This document shows, one piece after another, positions 57,901-63,972 of a stretch of 63,972 bases of DNA. Each line of letters opens with the position of its first letter. The stretch's first letter is position 1. This DNA is from Vicugna vicugna. Lineage: Eukaryota. The notes below the pieces were generated by a model, which did not search any database, was not told the origin of the DNA, and saw only the letters and a program-made list of their open reading frames with translations. The position numbers were made by a program, and so were the translations under genes. The DNA is taken from contig MU059972.1 of NCBI GenBank assembly GCA_013265495.1, positions 699,943 through 763,914 on the forward strand. The letters run 5' to 3'.

Positions 57901-58007
57901 GTGGACTACGGGGGCACAGCCCAGGAGCTGGAGGCCCATTTCAACCACTGTGGGGAGATCCACCGGGTCACCATCCTGTGCGACAAGTTCTCCGGACACC
58001 CCAAGGG
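57901..58007 (+). CDS. PABPN1L: PABPN1L exon 4 (RRM)
   Basis: [36 protein letters not shown]. Confidence 0.97.
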
Positions 58008-58112
58008 GTCAGTGCAGGGGCCCTCAGGGAAGGGGCCTCAGGGAGGGGTGGGGGGCCAGGAGATAGAGCCGTGCAGGTGAGCCCTTACCTGCCCTGCCCC
58101 GCCCCTCTGCAG

Positions 58113-58200
58113 CTATGCCTACATAGAGTTTGCCACCGAGAGCTCAGCCCAGGCTGCCGTGGAACTAGACAAGAGTGTCTTCCGAGGCCGGGTCATCAAG
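58113..58200 (+). CDS. PABPN1L: PABPN1L exon 5 (RNP1)
   Basis: YAYIEFATESSAQAAVELDKSVFRGRVIK. Confidence 0.97.
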
Positions 58201-58730
58201 GTGTGTGTCCCCCACCAGTCACCGCACGTCGTGGGGTGGGGGGCTCTGCCTGAGCATCTTTGTTAACCCATTAATCCCCAAGGGGCCGGGAGAGGCAGGC
58301 ACGAAGAGGCTGAGGCACCAACCAAGGACACACAACTGCCCCAGCCTGACACTTCTCCAATCTCCAGTGTGGGTTTGGCCTGGGTGTAGCTCTGGGGAGG
58401 CTTCCTTCCCGAACCAGACTGCCCCCTGCAGGAGGAAATGGCTTGACAGAGGCACGTCACATGACCACGGCTGTGGCTGGACTGTTTGGGCCTAAGTGGG
58501 GATCTTGAGATGGCTGGGAACAGGTGAGGGTCTGATGCCTCGGGCAGCCCCATGCCTTGGGACCGCCGGGGCCTGGTGGGCGCTGGGGCCTGTGCTCACT
58601 TGTCTGTGAGTCTTCCATAGAGAAACCCAGGACGGCTTCCTGGAGGCAGCTTTAGCCCAGAACGCTGCCCTGGGCTGGGGAGGAGGGTGTGAGAACAGGG
58701 GTCTCGGGCAGACTCGTCCTTTGCTTCCAG

Positions 58731-58873
58731 GTGCTGCCCAAAAGGACCAACTTGCCAGGGATCAGCTCCACGGACCGCGGAGGCCTTCGGGGGCACCCAG
58801 GCGCCCGGGGGCCACCCTTCACCCACAGCAGCCTCCAGGGCGGGGCCCCTTTCAGACCACGAGGGCGGAACCG
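58731..58873 (+). CDS. PABPN1L: PABPN1L exon 6
   Basis: VLPKRTNLPGISSTDRGGLRG...RGRN; ttccag| acceptor and CG|gtatgc donor. Confidence 0.97.
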
Positions 58874-58950
58874 GTATGCGGGCGGGGCCCGGGGGCGGGG
58901 CCCCGGGGGGCGGGCCTGGAGGCCGCTCACCTCCGTCTCTCTCCGTGCAG

Positions 58951-58990
58951 GGGGCGCGGAAGGTTCTCGCCGTGGTGCTCGCCGTACTGA
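58951..58990 (+). CDS. PABPN1L: PABPN1L exon 7 to stop
   Basis: GRGRFSPWCSPY then TGA; matches the PABPN1-family C-terminal SPW.SPY. Confidence 0.96.
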
Positions 58991-59290
58991 AGGGAGGACC
59001 CGACTGGGAGAGCGGGGCTGGGGCTGGGTCGGGAGAGGACAGCGGTGCTGCACGTGGGGCTGGCTACTCCGCGCAGAATAACTGCCCCGGCCCCTGCACT
59101 GGGCCGCAGCCCGGGCCGCAGCCCGGGCCCCAAGCCTCCGCTCCCGAAGCTAGCGCTTCGGGTGCTAGTCGGGGCTCTGCGGGGCACCGGGCCAAGCTGA
59201 GGCAGGTGACGCCCAGGCGGCACGGGGTCGGCGCCGGGCTGCCTTTTATAGGAAAGTAGAACTATGTGTCTTAGTGGTAAAGCATAAATT

Positions 59291-59296
59291 ATTAAA
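59291..59296 (+). terminator. PABPN1L: PABPN1L polyadenylation signal ATTAAA
   Basis: Lies in an AU-rich block ~300 nt after the stop, with a U-rich tract downstream. Confidence 0.65.
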
Positions 59297-61173
59297 CTTG
59301 AATATTTTTTAAAAGCATATGGCAACAGAGCCTCCTTACTTCCCCTCGCTGGCACGCGGTTTCCTCAGGGGCAGACTCTGCAAAGAAGGCAGGTGATGGG
59401 GTGTGGCAAGGGCCTGAGCCCCAGCTCCAAGCACGGCCCACTCACAGCCAGCCGACAGCGCGGGGCCTGCGGCAGCCCCGCCAGACCCGTGCTGCAGGGG
59501 CAAGCTTCACTGGGTCTTCACCCCAGGTCTGCTGGCACATGCTCCTCCCTTGCGAGTGACACAGACCCTGCCTGCTCCGTGTGTCCCCGGGCACCTGGCA
59601 CAGGCCTGGCCCTCCTCAGACTGGGAGGCAGAGGCGTTCTCCATGCTGGCACCGTGACTGTCGTCCCCTCTGACACAGACACGTCAGCTTCCTCCCTGAA
59701 GGTACAATGTTGCTCTCTGTCCTCTCACTGCATTCAGGGCTGGGAAAGACGTGGGGCGAGGACTGCAGGCCACCAGGTTCTGGCCTTAAATGACTACTAG
59801 CTAGCGAGTCCCTCCCTGGCCTTTTCTGAAGCAACTCTCTTCGCCTTGTAATTTTTTGATTATCAGTTTTTTAAGCCACGAACACAGCTGCTCTGGGCTC
59901 CAAGCCACAGGTGGATGGTCCCCAGTCCCAGCGTCTCCTCTCCAGCACCCGCGAAGACAGTGTTCTCTGGGGAGGATGAGAGGACGGGCCTCTTCGCTCT
60001 CCATCCAGTCTTCGACTTCCTCACTCAGGCCAGGCTTACACTCCCCTTGTGATCTGGGGTCCGCGTTGGCCCTTGTAGCAGGGAAAAGATGAAGGAACTG
60101 CCAGCTGAATCCCCGTTTTAAATCTCTCTCCAGTGCCTCCCAACACCGCCCATTTACATGCCGTAACTGCCTGCCCTTGGGAGGGAGGAAGTGTCTTTTG
60201 TCTGGTCATTGTCCCCAACACACCAGGGTTCTGTTAGAAAAGAAGCAAGGAAGAATGGATGTTGGGTTGGCAACATGCAGTCCCTGCCTCAGCCATGACT
60301 CAGGCAGGAGAGACCACTACTAAAAGCTCAACCAAAGATTTGAGGTTGGGCTGTGGAGAGAAACCCTGTGTGGGGCAGCCTGCGTCAGAACCAGCACCTG
60401 CTTGTCGGCACTTCTGGGCCCCCCGCCCGGTGCGCCAGTCCCATCTGCGGCAGGCGGGGTGGGGGACACCCGGGACTTGTGTCTGTACACATGCTCCCAG
60501 TTCTGTAATCTGAAAAACAAATCCTGTGCTCATAGGAAGGGAAGGAAACCCACAGACAAGCTGATAGAGCACATCCCAGTCCCAGCCCTAGGCCGACGAC
60601 CCTTACAGCCCCCCACCCCATTTTCAGGGGGTCTGAGCCACCTCCCTCCTGGTCAGAGACCCTCTCTGGAGTGATGGTGGGGGAGAAGGGGGAACAGAGG
60701 GACTCACGGTGGTTTTGGGGTATCTGACTCAGGGAAGCCAGCTGAAACGGCGTGGAGCAGAATACGGGTGGGCTCAGACCCGGAGGGTCCTCTTCCACTT
60801 CACGAGCCCCGTTCACAAACAACAAACGGCACTAGAACCTGGGCCACCTGATCCCAGAAGGGGCTGTCACCTCAACCATGGTTAACTCGTTAGGGCTGTC
60901 ACCCAGTGTAGTCACCCCCCGGGTGCCTGGGGGACGGCGGGGAAGGGGGCTCATCTCCTAACGCCCGCCTGGCCCTCGGCCACCCGGAACTGCCGTGCAC
61001 TAACTGATGGCAGAGGGCTCTTGGAATCTGCTCGTTCGATGCCCAGAAAGCAGGCAGCAGCTGATGAGACGGTGCGGTTATCCCAAGAAGGCTGCCGTCC
61101 AAGGCCAGGGGCATGACCAGAAGGAGGAGGGCCCTCCCCAGGAGGGAAGGTTGCAGGCCGACCTGGGTGCCCC

Positions 61174-61179
61174 TTTAAT
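61174..61179 (-). terminator. TRAPPC2L: Candidate TRAPPC2L polyadenylation signal (ATTAAA on the minus strand)
   Basis: First hexamer I found downstream of the stop, ~430 nt away. Confidence 0.35.
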
Positions 61180-61611
61180 CCAGCCCTGGGCACCGGAGGC
61201 TGACCCCAACAGGCCAGCCCACCTGCTCAGCCACTGGAGGGTGCGGCGGGAGGGACGGTGGAGCAGGGAGCCCTTCTGTCCCCTCGCAGCCTCTCCTGGG
61301 CTCCCAGCTCTGCGAGCTCCTGTCACCCTGCTCCCCCTGCCCCTCTGTGCCCAGTGGGGACAACATTCTCTGCTCTGTCTGGTCTCTGACCTCTTCCTTG
61401 GCCCTCAAAACTCCCAGGTAAAGTCTCTTTGACTGAGTTAAACCCTCTACTGACACAGAAGGAAAAAGCCAAGCCTGATCTCGCAAGACCTTTAGTGGAC
61501 ACGCAGCGTGCGTGAGGCCCCGCCCCACTGCGGCACATCCATGACACCCGGGAAGAGGTAAAAGGTTATAAATATACATCTGAACAGCAGTTATGTACAG
61601 AACGCTTCCCC

Positions 61612-61657
61612 TCAGCAGACCTGTACCATCATGGACGTCACCATGCTGTCAAAGGCC
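61612..61657 (-). CDS. TRAPPC2L: TRAPPC2L last coding exon
   Basis: (R)AFDSMVTSMMVQVC then TGA; acceptor tttctgcag|. Confidence 0.95.
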
Positions 61658-62424
61658 CTGCAGAAAGAAACAGGTCAGTCAGGGAAGCAGCCCTAGCCAC
61701 CATCCCCTGCCGGCAGAGACGTCAGTCTCCGGGGTCCAGATGAGTAACCTCGGCTGAGGCCAGGCTGTGTCCTGCCACACCAGGCAGTGGGAATCTGAGC
61801 CTCCAGCCTCATTCCTGCACGCTTTCCCGTGGTGCTGCCCTGCCTGGGTCTCCAGGCAAGGCTGGGACCCAGGACGAGCCAGTGTCACCGCTGAGGGATG
61901 GCGCCACAGGAAGGGCCTGCTGGCTCCAGGGAGCCCCTCGGGAAGTTTCTGGGAACAGAGGGGATTCCCGGGAGCAGGGCTGGAGTGTGTGCACGTGAAC
62001 ACTCCTTTGGGAAGCATCCTTGTGAGGCTAAGTCTGTGTTTACCTGAAGGCCGCTGGGAAGATACCTGCAACCTAACTTCCTAAGTGTCCAAGTTCAACA
62101 TTACAGACAAAATTGGGCTTTCTCCCAAAATGCTCTTGTCCACATGCCTGGGCCCTCACTGGGATCTGGGTAGGCGCCCAAGCACCTGCTGGGTGCACCT
62201 GGGAAGCCAGATGGGCGAGCCTTGTCCCTGCCCCGCTCCCCAACTCCCCTCCGGTCTGTTTTACATGTTGGAGACCCGTGCAGGACTGTGTTTGGAAAAA
62301 CAGGGTCTTGCTGCTTCAGAATGGCCGCCTCAGAAGAACAGCGCCTGCCGCTTGAAGAGGCCTTCCCTCCCCCTCCCTCCCTTCAGCAGGGCAGGGCCCG
62401 CCCGGGGCGGGGGGCGTCTCCCAC

Positions 62425-62504
62425 CTGGACTGAATGCGGTCCCCCGGGTTGTAGAAGGGGTTGCACATGACATCTGTGTAGGAGTTGTGTAGCTTCCGGA
62501 ACAT
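62425..62504 (-). CDS. TRAPPC2L: TRAPPC2L exon 4
   Basis: [26 protein letters not shown]; ttttcag| acceptor and AG|gtggga donor. Confidence 0.97.
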
Positions 62505-62623
62505 CTGAAAACAAGAGCCAGCACCATGCTGTATCCACACGTGCACACGGCTGCTGCCACACACGTGGCCTCTCGGCATTTCAACGCCTGTGACCGCCGG
62601 CGCACCGCCCACCCTGCACTCAC

Positions 62624-62711
62624 GCTGCGGATCTCGTTGTCTCTCAGCGCCGTGTTGGAGGAGTCCACCACCATGACAAACTTGACCTTGGAATTGGTCA
62701 CGTAGCCGTAT
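62624..62711 (-). CDS. TRAPPC2L: TRAPPC2L exon 3
   Basis: [29 protein letters not shown]; gtgcag| acceptor and |gtgagt donor. Confidence 0.97.
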
Positions 62712-63646
62712 CTGCACAGCTGGTTAGGGAACACGCTCCTGACACAGGGACCCGTGGCGGCCCGAAGGCACCTCGCCGTGCAGTGCACACACGCAGAGGG
62801 CCATCTGTGCACGTGCCACAGCTCCTGAGCTGCTTTGGAAAAACATGACAACCAGCTGGGTCCATCCGCAGTGCCAGGACGACACAGGACCATGCCGGGT
62901 GTGTCTGGACACTTCCCTGGGGCAGCTTCTGGTATTTAGTGGAGGAGCAAAGGGCAGCAGCTAAGCCCTATAATGGCTCAAATTGCAGGATGACCTGCCC
63001 TCTTTCTGAATCAATTCCTGCCTTGGGAATGTTAACTGCAAAACCAGAGTTTGCATGAATAAGGCAAATCCTAACTAAGGTGCCCAGACCTCTAAAGGCC
63101 ACTATTTCATGTGGAACAGTGGCTCCCAGGCATACGACACTGGGTGAGTTACGTTACTGCTTGTGGGAACATCTTTGAACTCCATGGGTTTCGGGCCACT
63201 TGTCCCAAGAACTGGTCAAAATTTTACAGTGACTCATGGGGCTGGGCCTGATGGTGACATGAATGAACACCACCCCTTACTCAGGAGATGGTGGCCCCTC
63301 TGAGAAGACACAGAGAGGAGTCCTCACAGGCATCAAGTGAGAGAGTCCCTAGTTCTTCCACAAACCCAAGGGACAGGTGCAGACTGTCACAGTTCTCCAG
63401 GCAATTCAAGCCTGGCTATTCCCACGTTATCCTCCTCATTAAAGAAAAAAAAATGGGAGGTCCTAGCTGGCCTCGAGCTACTCTAACTCCCCACTGGCCA
63501 AAAGCCCACATCTTTTTTCTTTTCCAAGTGATGTGCCTAGATGCCTTCCAAGGGGACCTGCTGCTCCAGCGCACCCCCCAACTACAGGCAGAGCCCCCGA
63601 TGCGAAGCCCTGCAGAGCGGCCACCCACTGCCAGGCGTGAGGATAC

Positions 63647-63819
63647 ACCTTGTAGTCCTCCGTGGGGTAGAGCAGGCCCAGGTAGAGCTCCCTCTGATCC
63701 ACCAGGGCCTTCCCCATCGCAGAGATCTTCTCATCCACCACGTCCAGGGACGTGTGCACCATGTAGTGGAACTTGAGCTCACTCTCCGTGGGGACGCTGC
63801 GGATGTAAAGGGGGTAATT
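63647..63819 (-). CDS. TRAPPC2L: TRAPPC2L exon 2 (sedlin-like TRAPP subunit); exon 1 lies outside the window
   Basis: [58 protein letters not shown]. Confidence 0.97.
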
Positions 63820-63972
63820 CTGCAAGAAAGGGTGACTTGGCTGAAGTGACGGGAGTCCACCCCATGTGCACTGACACAGGACCCTCAGGAGGGAGGACTG
63901 GCCGAGCACCCACACGCTCTCACTCCCTAAAACCACCTGCTCAATGCTACAATCTGTCTTCAGAGAACCTGA

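Noticed and set aside
63820-63972. In-frame upstream extension of TRAPPC2L exon 2 (ORF 63478-63936)
   Set aside because: This is intron 1 read-through. The true exon 1 (MAVCIAVIAKE-like) is not present, and a proper acceptor sits at 63820-63821.

Overview
This is GC-rich mammalian genomic DNA, probably from a camelid. The species call is an inference from one tRNA-derived SINE at ~19840-19918 that resembles the camelid family as I recall it. The window holds the conserved cluster CBFA2T3(+), PABPN1L(+) and TRAPPC2L(-), syntenic with human 16q24.3. CBFA2T3 (MTG16/ETO2) has a CpG-island promoter and probable non-coding first exon at the left edge, a ~29 kb first intron, and 11 coding exons from 30064 to 48545. 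These give 590 aa with the cassette exon, or 564 aa without it. PABPN1L is complete: 7 exons, 56374-58990, 273 aa. TRAPPC2L exons 2-5 lie on the minus strand; exon 1 is beyond the right edge. All exon chains have GT-AG boundaries with consistent phases. The rest is old repeats (MIR, L2, L1, MLT1, MER5), simple repeats and two N gaps. I found no new multi-gene system, and the many long six-frame ORFs are GC-content artefacts. The best leads are: (1) a RUNX/GATA/E-box module with TAL1-GATA1 spacing inside CBFA2T3; (2) AT-to-GC biased amino-acid changes in normally conserved MTG16 domains, mirrored by GC-shifted L1 fossils; (3) a strong-Kozak poly-Ala uORF on a (CGG)8 repeat beside a probably false gap; (4) a near-consensus CTCF site between CBFA2T3 and PABPN1L; (5) a possible NMD-escaping, RG-rich intron-retained PABPN1L isoform; (6) an overlapping miR-181 and Pumilio site. 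Orthologue and repeat-consensus comparisons are from memory, not database searches, and repeat boundaries are approximate.
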